A stretch of DNA of 64,000 nt from Eledone cirrhosa (lineage: Eukaryota), in contig OZ024744.1 in assembly GCA_964016885.1 (NCBI GenBank), positions 112,530,001-112,594,000 of the forward strand. The letters run 5' to 3'. Below, in pieces: positions 13,087 through 26,995 of the stretch. Under the pieces are notes generated by a model. That model saw nothing but the letters and a program-made list of their open reading frames with translations. It was not told the origin of the DNA and did no database searches. Every line of letters begins with the position of its first letter. The first letter of the stretch is position 1. The position numbers and the translations under genes were made by a program.

Positions 13087-14519
13087 GTATCAGTTCCACA
13101 TAAAAATATTAAATGATATCCAAGTAAAGAAATGCAATGCGTGTTAGATGTTTGGAACAACGGGAAAACAACACAATTTTCCCTCGACATCCATGAAGAA
13201 AGGAGAAAAAAATATATATATATCTGGTGAATTTGCAAAATCCGGAATCGACAAGTCACAAAAATTAAATGTTTTTTTTTTGTTTTTTTTTAATTGGAGA
13301 AGGAGATGGCATCATATGGTGCGTCTCAGCCAATCAGATGGCTGCATTTCAGAGAAGACAAATGGCGGGAAAATTGGCGGATAAGTCAGCCATTGGGAAT
13401 TTTTTGGTTAAACGCATAGTTGCAAGATATAAAGTATTAGTTTCGTCATCATTTTTTTAAATGTTGTATGTGTCTCTTAGGTAACTGCTTGTTAAAAGAA
13501 AGAAATAATACATTTGCTATGAAGACTTCGTAGAGTCGAATGCTGTATCAGAAGGTTGCAATTTAGAAATGTTCAATGTTCGAAGGTTGCGTTTAAAAAT
13601 AATGTTGGAGTGTTCTAAAGAGCAAGGAAACGGTGCTCAAGAATGTTAAATAATTCAATGGGGTTACCCATATAGCAGAAGTCTTTAGAAGTTTTTAGAT
13701 TTTTTTTAGAAGTTTTTAGAAGTTTTTAGAAGTCTGTGTAATCCATAATCGGGGTCAATCACTTTAGAATGGGTGGTATTAGTAAACATATTTGTGTTAC
13801 AATTGTACAAAGAATAAGAATAGCAGTGTGTGTTTATACTGGTTTACTTCATAGAAGTGAATAATGAAACGTACATATATTTTACCATTCATAGTGAGGA
13901 GGCTGGAATCTCCTTAGGGTTTTGGTGAGTTGAGGATTTGCTCTGTATTCTGGCGTGTTGTTAACGAGACTGCTACGATGCGTCAAAGAGAGAGAGAGTT
14001 GATCTTTCAGCCACTTACTTATAGTGGCCAAGAGGACGTAACTCCTTTTACCTCCTGTAGGTGACACCAGGGGTCACTACCGTCACAAAGGGAAGCAACT
14101 CTTATTTTAGTTCTGATGTCCACCGCAAGGGGGTTGGGGAGCTACATACCGAATACACTGGGAATAGCACTCCTCACGAAGAAGGATGATATTTGCACGT
14201 TTTTTGCTTGAAATGGTATCTATGTTAGTATTAAAAAATGTATTAAAATGCTGACTTAGTCTGCTATATATATATATGAACATATAACAAATAATGTGAT
14301 TGGTCAACTTATGTACAATAATTGAAAAAGAATTAAGTGTAATGATTTTTGCGCGCTTGTGAGTTTATACTATTACAGTGAAGGTAGTGTTATTAATATT
14401 GGATGGTTTTCTAGTTTAACAACTAATGTAACAGTTTCGGTTTACCCCCAAACACATCAGCTTTCTAATTATATCACTAGAATGAAAAATAGGATTTTGG
14501 AGGCTTTCAAATTTTGAAA

Positions 14520-14672
14520 TAATGATATATTTAATAGGTTTCTATACAGTTTCCGTCCACGAAATTTCACTTGCAAAGCAACAAACAGCTAACTCCTGGT
14601 TATTGTAGAAGACACTTGCTGAAGGTTCCTGAAAGCAGCTGGTTATGAAAGAAACTCGTTAAACGCCCACCC
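14520..14672 (-). mobile_element. Degenerate SINE remnant
   Basis: cagtttccgtc...aaatttcact...tagaagacacttgc segments resembling cephalopod SINE bodies (recognition only). Confidence 0.4.
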
Positions 14673-14682
14673 ATGCTTTTAC

Positions 14683-14860
14683 CATCTTCATATAGTTCAG
14701 TAATTGCCAGTGCAACAATCTCCAGATGAATATCTTCATTTAATTCCTCAAAATCCAAGAAAACTGCAATGCAGCCTGAATAGATTTTATTCCAGGCAAA
14801 ATTCATTGCGATTGTTTTCCATTCTTTCCAAGCTTCTGTAAAGTTTTCTATAGAATACCT
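14683..14860 (-). CDS. Candidate internal host-gene exon (178 nt), protein unidentified
   Basis: Branch-like gctaac then attAG| acceptor, open frame RYSIENFTEAWKEWKTIAMNFAWNKIYSGCIAVFLDFEELNEDIHLEIVALAITELYED, donor G|GTAAAA; non-repetitive composition. Confidence 0.45.
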
Positions 14861-16002
14861 CTAATATGTTAGCAGTAGCACTAACAAAGCGAGACTCAAA
14901 ATAGAGGGTATATAGAAATATATTTATGTATAATAAACATATATAGGTCTCGCTGTGGGTGTCATGTCATAACTACTCCCAGTTACCATATGAAAACGTC
15001 AAATACTAGTATTTCATGGTCTTTATCTATCTTCAGTGATGTTTACTCATTCGATACTGAAACAAAAGAAGCTGATAGCACATATAGATTTTTGTAACTA
15101 ATACAAGAATGGAAATGCTCATTTGCATATAGTGCGGGCTTAACACCACTAACATAGCGTAATTCAGAATAGAAAGCATATAAAATATGTTTGTGTATGC
15201 CTATTATACATAAACTTATTGTATATGTTTTCATATGCGATTGTATACTTTTAATTTAGTTTAGATAGTTGCACACTTTATTTTCTCTTTTCCCTTTTTT
15301 ACCTGTCCACATGGAGCGACAGTACATTGAAACACGGATACATAAAGGAATAAATATTTGCAAAGAGAAAATTATAAGACGAAAGTCTTCTCGCAATTTA
15401 GTTGGCCACCCACCTCTCATAAAACAAATCTAGTTTTTAATTTAGTAAGATTCTTAGTAGTTTGTTGCCACTTGGCAACTTTATTTCAATTTGTACATTT
15501 GATCCACTTTAGATTTATTTATTTATTTGTCCGAGTTTATTACATTTCCCAGTTAATATAACATTAAAAGCAGATCAGAAAGGTAGCTTCATAGTCGAAA
15601 GCGAAAAAAAAACATTTTATGTTCAACTCACCGAAGAAAACAGACATAGTTGTGAGAATTATAATAAACGAACAAGAATGAAGCACACACCTCACTTTAG
15701 AAGCTGTTTTAATCTGTTAAATACAATTTCGTTATTTGCTTTAATTTTCATGGGTTATTTTATATTTTAAGTATTTTCGTAGATTAAAGAAGTTACAACA
15801 GCATGAAGTAGGAATTCGATATACAGAGATTGTATCTTAGGCGACAATCGTGAATTAAAAGAGGGCGAAAGATTAGTATCTTACTTCATCGTTTAAAATA
15901 AAAATTACCTTACAGAATTTGGTTTTATTTTATTTCTCCTTATCTTATAGTGAAACCTTGCTGAGGACTCCTTATATATGTATGTGCGCGCGCGCGCGCA
16001 CG

Positions 16003-16050
<48 letters not shown>

Positions 16051-16268
16051 AAATAAATAAATATATATATATGTATATATATATATGTGTGTGTATATAT
16101 ATATATGTGTATATATGTGTATATATATATGTTTATATGTTTATCTATGTATATATGTTTATATGTTTGTATGTATATATATGTTTACATATATATATGT
16201 ATGTAAATATATATGTTTATATGTATATATGTGTGTGTGTATATATATATGCATCTGTCTGTGTACAT

Positions 16269-16327
<59 letters not shown>

Positions 16328-16331
<4 letters not shown>

Positions 16332-18595
16332 GGTAGACTGGAAGGTAATATCAGTAGTGGTAGAGCACTCAGTCCATGGGACGAGTTTAGTAGAAGTGGT
16401 TACACAACAGTTAGTTCACCATACTGAGAACAATTGTTTCACCTTATGTGGATCTTCGGCTCGGACTGATAATGGTTATACGGAACAAGAAAATGAGAAA
16501 CAACCGCATGAATGCGCATGCGCAGAAACGGTCACTTCTCCCAAGCGATACAAATCCACGGTCAAAAGGTATAACGGAGATAACTGCGAATGTCCGGAAT
16601 AAATTGTTCGAGTTGATTAGAAAATTAGAATGTTGTTGTTATTCAATCCGGAGCTTTGTAGTTATGCAAGAGGTGTTTCCAGACATGTGGACAACGTGAG
16701 AAGATTTCATTTCTTGAATTTAGGCAATCGCTATTGTGTAATCTCCTTAGAATATTTATCCTTTCTTCAATACACAGTCCACAAGACGGATTGCCTCTTG
16801 CGTATGGTTTGAACTTAGTGATGGCTTTCCCTCAAGGACTTATGTATAGTAGTCTATACATAAGTCCTTGAGGGACCATACGTGGTTCGCGAGCTTCGTG
16901 GATGATCGTTTGTCCGGGTACCTAAAGGTTGACTGATAGTTCAGGAAGCGTTCCTGAAATCGGCCCTCTGCCATAACCACATAGGATTTGACCTACTGTT
17001 GTTGATTTGGTCGGTTGGAAGTGACCAGAGCTTCATAAATTACAGCGGGTGTGTTGTATTGCTGTTAAAGCGGACAGGCTTTCGGCAAGAGCATCCTAGT
17101 GAGGTGTCCCTCTTAGGACTGTTGGTGATGTGGGCCTTCATATTCTTAGCGCAGGAGTATCTTAGTTTTGCCCTGTGTCTGTTAAAGATGGAGCGGTGTT
17201 TGTGACTTATGGGAAAGTGTCTATCTAAGAGGGCTAAATGTTTTCCTACACTAGTTTTAACGTTGAGTGAGAAGTGGGGGAGAGAAATAGATAGTTTGTC
17301 TATTGGTACGATTTCTTTTCTTATTGCTGTTGTTGTTATTGGGGAGTAAGTAATTGGTTGCGAGAAGCCGCTGTTAGCTAACGCCGTGTTATAGTAGGGG
17401 ACCACTCTGTCAAAGATTGTTTATTAGAGGAGAGGCTAGAGATTCTAGTATAATATTTACGAAGTTTCTAAAAACTGTAGGAGGGTGACATGAGTTTATA
17501 GAAGGGCCTGATGGTATGTTTGCGAAGGTCTAAATTAATGTCTAAGAAATCTACACTAGTAAGGTTGGTAGCTACTGTTATCCTATGTCCTAACTCATTA
17601 AAAGTAGAAATTAAATCTTTTGTAAACCGGTCCAGGTCGTGACCACTTTTATGGCTCGATAAGGTCAGGTCATCGTCGCGGTATGTCTCGTGTGGAAGGC
17701 CGGGAATCTAACACGTAATATATCTAAAATAAATAAGCCAACCAAGTCGCATACATCAGCACTGTCAAACGATACCATGGAGACGTCGAATAGTTCTGAA
17801 GTGGTTGACTTCTTTGCTCAGGCTACTCCGTTGTTGAAGAGGAAGGTTTTCCGGCAGTGTGCGATGATCTCCCTGTCTAAAACATGGACGGTAGTGTAAG
17901 TGATAGCAAAGTCCAACGCTTTGTTTAATAGGGTCTCTGAGATCGACGGGTAATAATCCACATTGTCGATTGCGTGAACTTCACTTTTTTGGAGTTGAAG
18001 GAGTTAAACCACTTAATGACGGAGTCGCTGTCCTCCCACTGGGACAGGTCCTAATGGTCTTAACTCTGTTTCTAAGTATAGCCTTACTGACTAGTCCCAT
18101 TTCCGCGCGTGCCGGGTTTAGTAGTCTACACATGGGATTAGAAGCAAAGTCTACTTTGTGATCCTTCAGGGTGAGAAACGCCTTACGTTTAGCTAAGCAT
18201 TGTAGTTTCTTATCTACCTTAAGGGTGGAGGCTAGGTGTTTGGCTTCTGTATTGATGTCGTGGTAGGCCATAGGGTTAGCCTTCTTATATTTAGAGGTTA
18301 TAGCGTTATGTGCCAAGTGGCTGTAAGTAATGTTGTCGACTTCGTAAATATTAGTATTGGTTTTATCAGAAAGAACGAAAGGGTTATTGGAAGACCTAAA
18401 TTTCTTAATATCATTTCTAAGTTTGTTTTGGAAGATGCTAGAGTTGTTTGCGAAAGGAAAAGTCCGCTTCGAAAGGAGCGAGTTCAGTTACCTTAGGAGG
18501 ATAGGCTCTCGATTTCAGGTTGAAGGTGTTACTGGTGCCTGTAATTTTGTATGGCAAAACTTTTGTATAGCAAGCTCTATAAAGTAAGAAACCAC
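16328..18595 (-). mobile_element. Penelope-like element (RT + GIY-YIG, degenerate) with 3' pseudo-LTR
   Basis: LTLKDHK..CRLLNPA, DNVDYYPSI, SMVSFDSADV, YRDD, LDRHFP...YSC, IWSLKD, CGLCIEE. Confidence 0.85.
16426..16462 (-). ncRNA. Minimal type I hammerhead (CCGAAGA core)
   Basis: gag-CCGAAGA-tcc acataa ggt-GAAA-caattg-TT-ctc. Confidence 0.75.
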
Positions 18596-18596
18596 C

Positions 18597-19030
18597 TCAC
18601 AGACCAAAGATTACATTGAAAATAAAACTGGTTTTATGGAGGCTGACTGGGAGATAGAAGCTCTTGAAAGAGAAACTTGGCGTGGAATGGTGAATAATGG
18701 GGTCCATAATTTTGAGGACAGACGCATAGAGCACGAGAAGATCAAACGGGATGTGCGTAAGCAATGCCCTGGTGTATCTCTCGAAACGATCGGTGTCTCC
18801 ATTGAATTGAAGTACCTTGATTGCAGAAAAATTTGCTTGAGCAAATCTGGTCTCACGAGCCACAGTCGCAGCCATGTTCCAAGAGGACCAGTGAACTATG
18901 ATCTCCACGGTATTGTGAGGGTTCACAGACAACCTAATGCAAGAACAGAGGCCATGGAGATCCATAGTTGTCGTCAGTGTTCGAGGGAGTGCAAGTCTCT
19001 AGTAGGCTTGAAAAGCCATATCCGAGCGTA
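18597..19030 (+). mobile_element. RTE-like LINE 3' fragment with C2H2 Zn-finger motifs
   Basis: WEIEALERETWR, CRKICLSKSGLTSHSRSH, CRQCSRECKSLVGLKSHIR. Confidence 0.65.
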
Positions 19031-20084
19031 ACACATATGAATCTGACAAGCGATTGCAATACCCTTAGCAGAGTTTGCAGCTATCATGTATGTATGTATG
19101 TTCGTGCTACTGGTAACATGTATCCCAGTACAACCTGTCTCATGGTCGGGTCGTTGGTGACTAAACTGGAAACCCCACCAAGGTTTCTTGGTAAGGAGGG
19201 TGACTTTGGACATCTTGCAGGACTAAAAACAAAACCTGTCAAAGGGCAAAGGAGCTCTTAAAAGTCAATGGCCATCCAAAATCACCAGGAGAGATGACCC
19301 CTTAGCCTTTGTCAAGTCAGAATTCTAGGAGCAGGAAAACTCTGATATAACACCTGCAACCCTGATGGTATCCAATGATGTTGACTTGTTCTTTTTGGTA
19401 AATATCGTCTTGGTTAAGAGAGTGGGACTGGCTTTGTGCAGTGCCTTTGCTCACTATAAAAGCTTCAGGGCACAGACATTGCTTTGTATCTGGAGATCTC
19501 TCTGCACTTGTCATCACATGGTACCATGGGCCCAGCACTAAGTGTCAATAATTGTCACAAGTGTAGTATTTGTACCAGTTTTCAAGTTGCTGGCTGGACT
19601 AAAATGTCACACTCGTTCAGCGCATCGGTAGGGGTTCTCCTATATGGATATAAAGTAGTGGCCGTACTTGAAAAAGAGTTGGCAGCCACCATGTAAGTAT
19701 GTATGTGAGAAATACCAATCTTATTTAAACCACAAGGAATCTAGATCTATAACAAGAAATTAAATTAATTGATAGGTATACTTATAGGGATAAAAACAAA
19801 TAACGAAACGAAATTAAATTTCGTTTAGCTTCTAACTCACTTTTGTATGACTGACGCTTAAACAATTAAGTTAAAAGTGTACATCTACATATGTATACGG
19901 AAATATTAGTATGCATATAAATACACACATGTATACATATGTACATGTACTGAGTTTTTCACTGGACACTTTACTGTGAGTGTCCAGCTAGTCTGTATGT
20001 AACCAAACAGACAAACCGGGTTTTAGAGTCATACGGGTTTTCAAGGAAACACATTTCCTCTATTCTCCAGAGAGCCAGACAGGA

Positions 20085-20127
20085 ATATTGGACTAGTTTC
20101 GATGTTATTACATCTCATCAGCAATAT
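20085..20127 (-). ncRNA. Type I hammerhead, canonical core
   Basis: atattg-CTGATGA-gatgt aata acatc-GAAA-ctag-TC-caatat. Confidence 0.92.
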
Positions 20128-20379
20128 ATACCCATCTTCCGGCTTCTCTAGAGAATCGTAAAAGCATATATCGTTATATGGTTTTTCTATGAAAATTAGT
20201 AGTGGGCAGACTAATTTGCATAGAACGTTTCGTTATTTGTTTTTATCGTTTCCGCTGAACCGGTGCGTACAATGACTCACGTTCTATGCAAATTAGTCTG
20301 CCCACTACTAATTTTCATAGAAAAAGCATATAACGATATGTGCTTTTACGATTCTCTAGAGAAGCCGGAAGATGGGTAT

Positions 20380-20422
20380 ATATTGCTGATGAGATGTAAT
20401 AACATCGAAACTAGTCCAATAT
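20380..20422 (+). ncRNA. Type I hammerhead, canonical core (mirror copy)
   Basis: atattg-CTGATGA-gatgt aata acatc-GAAA-ctag-TC-caatat. Confidence 0.92.
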
Positions 20423-21029
20423 TCCTGTCTGGCTCTCTGGAGAATAGAGGAAATGTGTTTCCTTGAAAACCCGTATGACTCTAAAACCCGGTTTGTCTGT
20501 TTGGTTACATACAGACTAGCTGGACACTCACAGTAAAGTGTCCAGTGAAAAACTCAGTACATGTACATATGTATACATGTGTGTATTTATATGCATACTA
20601 ATATTTCCGTATACATATATAGATGTACACTTTTAACTTATAGGGATAAATTTATATTAATTCATATGAATGTGATAAATAAGAATTAGATGTTATTAAA
20701 GAGTGTTGTTAAAAACGAAGGAAAGTAAAATTTTGGGTTAAGGGTAGTAGTGAGAAATACCAATCTTATATAAACTACAAGGAATCTATATTCATAACAG
20801 GAAATTAAATTAATTTATAGGTATACTTTTAGGTATTCATTTTAGGAAAAGAGAGCTGTAAGAGGGAAATAAAATTATGAAGTTCTCTGTAGTAAAGTAC
20901 TAATTATAGGTTAACTAAATTAAAAAAACTAATTATAATAATATGTAAAATATAAGTGTAAGGTGTATATTAATTAGGTTTATAATATTTGAAGGTTCTT
21001 CTAAATTCTATGATTGCATAGATATATAT

Positions 21030-21139
21030 ATATTTATTAAAATAACAGATTAAAGTTTAAGCAAAGTTTCAGAAGATCCCGTTAAGGGTGAAAGCAGCGA
21101 TTCTTTGCTTAAACTTTAATCTGTTATTTTAATAAATAT
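21030..21139. repeat. 37-bp-arm fold-back enclosing a degenerate hammerhead-like core
   Basis: Arms 21030-21066 and 21103-21139; spacer ttt-CAGAAGA-tccc gttaa gggt-GAAA-gcagcgatt. Confidence 0.7.
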
Positions 21140-21222
21140 TTGCTCTACGGTTCTTATATATTTAATATATATTTATCCTTATCGAGCCCTCTTTGGATTT
21201 TAGTCTTCAAATTTATTATTAT

Positions 21223-22420
<1,198 letters not shown>

Positions 22421-22569
22421 GAAAACTCACCTTCCCAGGGATAGAGGCTGAAGCTGAAGCATAAATATGTATAATATGCACCACCATCCCATACAAATGC
22501 ACCCCCGCCCCACCCTCCCATACATCTCTAATGATAACTGGCTGTAGCATGCATCCGGTGAAGTGCCCG

Positions 22570-22790
22570 GCCCACACTGTAAAGTGGTCATGTAGGTGCC
22601 ATGACAAAAAGCACCCAGCCCACACTGTAAAGAGGTTGGCATTAAGAAGGGCATCCAGCCGTAGAAACCAAGCCAGGAACAGTTCTGTTTGAATAAGATA
22701 CGGTCACCAGACCCAACTTGCCTCAAACGGACAATCCATCTTAACCCATGCTTGCGTGGAAAAATGGAAGTTAAACGATGATGATGATGA
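22570..22790 (+). mobile_element. SINE/LINE 3' end with (GAT)n tail
   Basis: ggttggcattaagaagggcatccagccgtagaaacc...gttaaacgatgatgatgatga. Confidence 0.6.
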
Positions 22791-22876
22791 AAAAAAAGGC
22801 ATAAAGAGTTTAAATGACTTTTTAACTACAGAAGCTTACATTTTTGTAATGAGATGACTGAACATGATTACTACAA

Positions 22877-23157
22877 ATAATTGTTTCTACGTTAGGCACA
22901 AGGCCAGCAATCACCCAGTGCATTACTGGTACTTTATTTTATCGACCCCGTAAGGATGAAAGGCAAAGTTAACTACAAATAATTGTTTCTACGTTAGGCA
23001 CAAGGCCAGCAATCACCCAGTGCATTACTGGTACTTTATTTTATCGACCCCGTAAGGATGAAAGGCAAAGTTAACCTCGGCGGGATTTGAACTCAGATCG
23101 TAAAGGGACGTAACTATGCTGGAAAGCATGGCGTCCGACCCTCTACCGATACTGCCC
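22877..23157 (-). mobile_element. tRNA-derived SINE with internal ~102-bp tandem duplication
   Basis: Reverse complement of the 7510-7702 family; 3' half repeated twice. Confidence 0.85.
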
Positions 23158-23309
23158 TACAAATAATAACATGAATATTTGGGTGAAAATCTGTGAGTTT
23201 GTATCTTTGGTCAGCTGTTCATAGATCTTAAGTATAATTTTATTTTAAGATTACATTTATACGGAGTAGGAATTTGTATGCATGTATGTGTGTATATATA
23301 AATATATAG

Positions 23310-23340
<31 letters not shown>

Positions 23341-23359
23341 TATGTGTGTATATATATAA

Positions 23360-26300
23360 ACACGTCTTGGATTTTCACCAGAGCCCCTTTTGCCAGGTTG
23401 CGGCCCTAATACTGCCGGGTGCAAGACCAATCCACCTTGGATGGCCCTACCAGGAACCGAAGTTCCCAACGGCATAGCTCTGACACTACCCGTTGCCACC
23501 GCCCTGCCACGTTGAGTAGTGGTTGGACTTTAGGGATCGGTTTTGTTCGTATTTGTAAGATTCATGGAAGAAGTGTCATGGGAGTAGTGAATTCCCAAGC
23601 GGTCCCCAAAAAACCCGCATGTATATCCCAAACGAGGAGAAAAGAACGTCCTGTTTGCCGCAGATTCTCCACAGACGCAGGGACAGAAACGACCCGAAGC
23701 CGCCGGTTGCCGGAACAGTGAAAATCCAAGAGATGTCAGTTCCGGCAACCGGCGGCTTCGGGTCGTTTCTGTCCCTGCGTCTGTGGAGAATCTGCGGCAA
23801 ACAGGACGTTCTTTTCTCCTCGTTTGGGATATACATGCGGGTTTTTTTGGGGACCGCTTGGGAATTCACTACTCCCATGACACTTCTTCCATGAATCCTA
23901 CAAATACGAACTATGAATAGGAATTGCCTTCCCGCTACGAACGCAATGCAAAGCAACAGCACTCCTATTGCTATGGCTCTACAGACTACTCCCGCAGTAG
24001 TTCCGCTCTTCAGACGAAGGAAGGAATTGAGGGTGACGTGCTGGAACGTCCGAACACTTTGTGACGACGGTGTCCAGGCTCTGCAGAGGTACAGCGTTAG
24101 TGCCGCTTGCCTTTCAGAAGTTCGAATTCCCGATGTTGGTCATCTTCCGATCAAAGTTCCTGGCGAAGACATCTCCTACCACTTGTACCATAGTGGCGTG
24201 TGACTGACAACAGTGGCCTCCACGGGGTCGCTGTAGCGCTCAGCCCCGATGCGCAAGCGGCTCTGCTGGCGTGGCAGCCAATCTCACACCGAGTCGCGCT
24301 GGTTCTCCAACGTCAGCGTAATTGCCGTCTACGCTCCCACACTCAATGTGGACGAGGCGGACAAGACGCAGTTCTATGCCGATCTCCAAACAACCGTGGA
24401 TGGCGTCCCCTCCAGTGATGTTCTCATTGTCGCTGGGGACTGGAATGCGTGGACAGGGCCGGCTGATGATACAACACGGCATATTCTAGGACGCTTCGCC
24501 CCAGGTGTACGCTGTGACAATGGTGAACGGCTCGTGTCCTTCGCGGATGCCAATCGTCTTATGGTCATCCACACCCGGTTCCAACATCCTCGGCGTCACC
24601 TCGTCACTTGGCGATCCAATGACGGAAGAACGGCCAATCAGATTGACTACATCCTGGTCAGATCTCGGTGGGCCAGCTCAGTGATGGATTCGCGTGTGTA
24701 TCGAGGGGCTTATACGGGCAGTGAGCATGGGTCAGACCATACTCTTGTTCGAGCATCCCTTCGTCTGCGGCTGCAGGCGAAACCTCCTCCCAACCACCAG
24801 AAAAGGATCGACATCTCGCGACTCAAGCTCGATGCTGGAAATGCTTTCCGGCTAGAGCTGCGAAACCGATTCCAAATGCTGAGTAACGAAGTGGAACAGC
24901 AACCGGAGCAGGAGTGGAACGCGCTCAGGGCGGCGGGCGACGGTTGAGGTGGCCAGAGAACATCTCGGGTCGACCCAAAGACGCCATCGGGACTGGATCT
25001 CCGGCGGCACTCTTGAACTTGCGGAGAGGGCGAGAGTGGCCCGACTCGAGGGTGCACCCAATCTTCGAGATCTCCGACGTCGCACATCTCGGGCTATTCG
25101 GGCCGATCGGAATGCACACTGGCGCGAATTTGCGGAGCAGACGGAGAGGGCAGCAGCCTGTAGTGACTCGCGCAAGCTCTACCAACTGGTGAAGCGGGCC
25201 AGCCGAAGCAGTACGGGTATCAGCGAGACGATCCGTGATCGGGACGGGACGGTCATTACCAATCTTAATGACCGGCTAGACCGATGGCGGGACCATTTCT
25301 CCGAGCTGCTCAACCACACGCTACCAACCACACCAACCTACGTGCAGCCTTCCGGAGAAGAATACGGGTGCAGCACTGCCCCTCCAACGGTCGAGGAGGT
25401 ACGTAGTGTCCTGACACATCTCCGGAACAACAAGGCGCCGGGCGAAGATGGCGTTCCAGCTGAGGTCTACAAGGCCGAGCCTGATGTCTTCGCAGATTGG
25501 TTCCATCGAGTCTTCTCCTCAGTGTGGGCGACGGAGCGGTTCCCTGGTGACTGGAGCGAAGAAACTCTCCTACCCTTCTTCAAAAAAGGCGACAGGAAAC
25601 TGTGTTCCAACTACAGGGGTATCAGTTTAATTGACGTTGCTGCCAAAACCTTCGCAATCCTTCTGCTGAAGAGGTTCCAGGCCATCCGTGATGTCCGTAC
25701 CCGTCCTTCTCAGGGCAGTTTCCGTCCGGGGAGGGGGTGCGTTGATCAAATCTTCATTCTCCGGCGTGTCCTGGAACAACGGTGGGCACATCAACAGCCT
25801 TCCGTCCCCTGCTTCATCGACTTTGCAGCTGCCTTCGACCCTGTAGATCGGGAAGCCCTTTGGCGTATAAGGCAGGCGGACGGCATCCCAGTGAAGCTGC
25901 TTCGTCTCATACAAGGCTACTACCGGTCGACTCGGGCTCGAATGAGGGTCTATGGTGGGGAGACGGAGTCGTTCGATGTTGGGACCGGTGTTCGGCAGAG
26001 GTGTGAGCTATCGCCAACTCTCTTTAACTACGCCATTGACTACACTCTCAACACAGCGCTCCGGGATTATCCGGGCGTAGAGGTCAGGATAGGGGGATCG
26101 TGGTGACGGACCTGGCCTACGCGGATTACATCGTGCTGATGGGCGCTAACGGGACAGATGTACAAGGTGCTCTCGAAAGGGTGCACACTGCAGTCGCTGC
26201 TGTTGGTCTACGAATCAATGCCGCCAAGTCGAAAGTCATGACGTCACTGGTCTCCCCTGATGCCTGGCAGCCAATATCTCTCGAGGGCGTGGACCTGGAG

Positions 26301-26995
26301 GATGTGGAGTCCTTCGTTTACCTGGGTTCAACAGTGGTTCCAACGGAACAGGGTGCAGCCGAGGTCAAGCGTCGCATAGGTATGCCAGGTCCGCTTTTGG
26401 GCGCCTCCAGCGGTGTCTGTGGGACAGAAGAGAGATCACCTCGGCGACCAAAGGGCGAATCTACCAGGCCGTCGTTCGCACTATCCTCCTCTATGGCTGT
26501 GAAACATGGCCTATGAAGGTAGTCGATCAACGAGAGCTGGAGGTGTTCGGCAATGACTGTCTCCGCCGCATTCTTCGCTGCCGACGTGTTGATCGGGTAC
26601 CTACCACCAGTCTTCGTCTTCGCCTGAATCTTCGACCCCTTCTTTCAGTGCTTCTGCAATGGCGCTTGAGATGGTTTGGTCACGCGGCTCGGTGCCCTGA
26701 GGGGGAGCTGATCCGCGATGTTCTCCTCCCACCTCCACTCCCTAACTTGCGCAAGCTCGTTGGCGGGCAGCTGAAGACCTGGGCAACGACGATCAAGGAG
26801 GACCTCTCCGAACTCTCAGGTCCGGAGGTGGTCGGCCTGCGCCGATGGACCCGTGACTGGCTCGCTATCTCCAGTGACGTAGCCCGGGACCGTCGTGCGT
26901 GGGCTGCCATGGTTCGGGATGCCGTCAGGACAAGGGAAGAAGCCGGCTCAACCCGTCCAGGGTGAATGTCGACACAAGTACAAGTACAAGTAAGT
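23360..26995 (+). mobile_element. Near full-length RTE-clade LINE (APE endonuclease + RT), frameshifted
   Basis: TCWNVRTL, LSEVR, YAPT, AGDWNA, NQIDYIL, GSDH, KAPGEDG, NYRGISL, GVRQ, LAYAD, LRWFGH; (CAAGTA)n tail; flanked by (TA)n. Confidence 0.95.
23545..23911. repeat. ~172-bp-arm palindrome in the RTE 5' UTR
   Basis: 23545-23716 vs 23739-23911 reverse complements with 22-nt spacer. Confidence 0.92.

Larger units (their letters stand above)
8648..14146 (-). mobile_element. Ty3/gypsy LTR retrotransposon, full structure, frameshifted
   Basis: LTRs 8648-9011 and 13763-14146 (minus-strand start TGTAG), PBS-like tgattgaccccg, PPT ggaggaagg, imperfect 4-bp TSD cacc/tacc, order gag-PR-RT-RH-IN. 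Confidence 0.95.
7445..14360 (-). mobile_element. Tc1/mariner DNA transposon (degenerate transposase), split by SINE and gypsy insertions
   Basis: N-terminal ISSKKRANIILLREE (14107-14307), HTH GVSKTGVQ/GRP, VMFSDE, YQEDGGPCH, WPCSSPDLNPIENCW, terminal GHQTKY*; ends approximate. Confidence 0.85.
19867..20640. repeat. Long inverted repeat (~362-bp arms, ~50-nt spacer) of an HHR-bearing unit
   Basis: 19867-20228 vs 20279-20640 near-identical reverse complements; flanking direct repeat acttatagggataaa at 19780-19794 and 20636-20650. Confidence 0.9.

Noticed and set aside
23380-23540. HDV-like ribozyme in the RTE 5' UTR
   Set aside because: Known from some RTEs, but I could not assemble the nested double pseudoknot by eye
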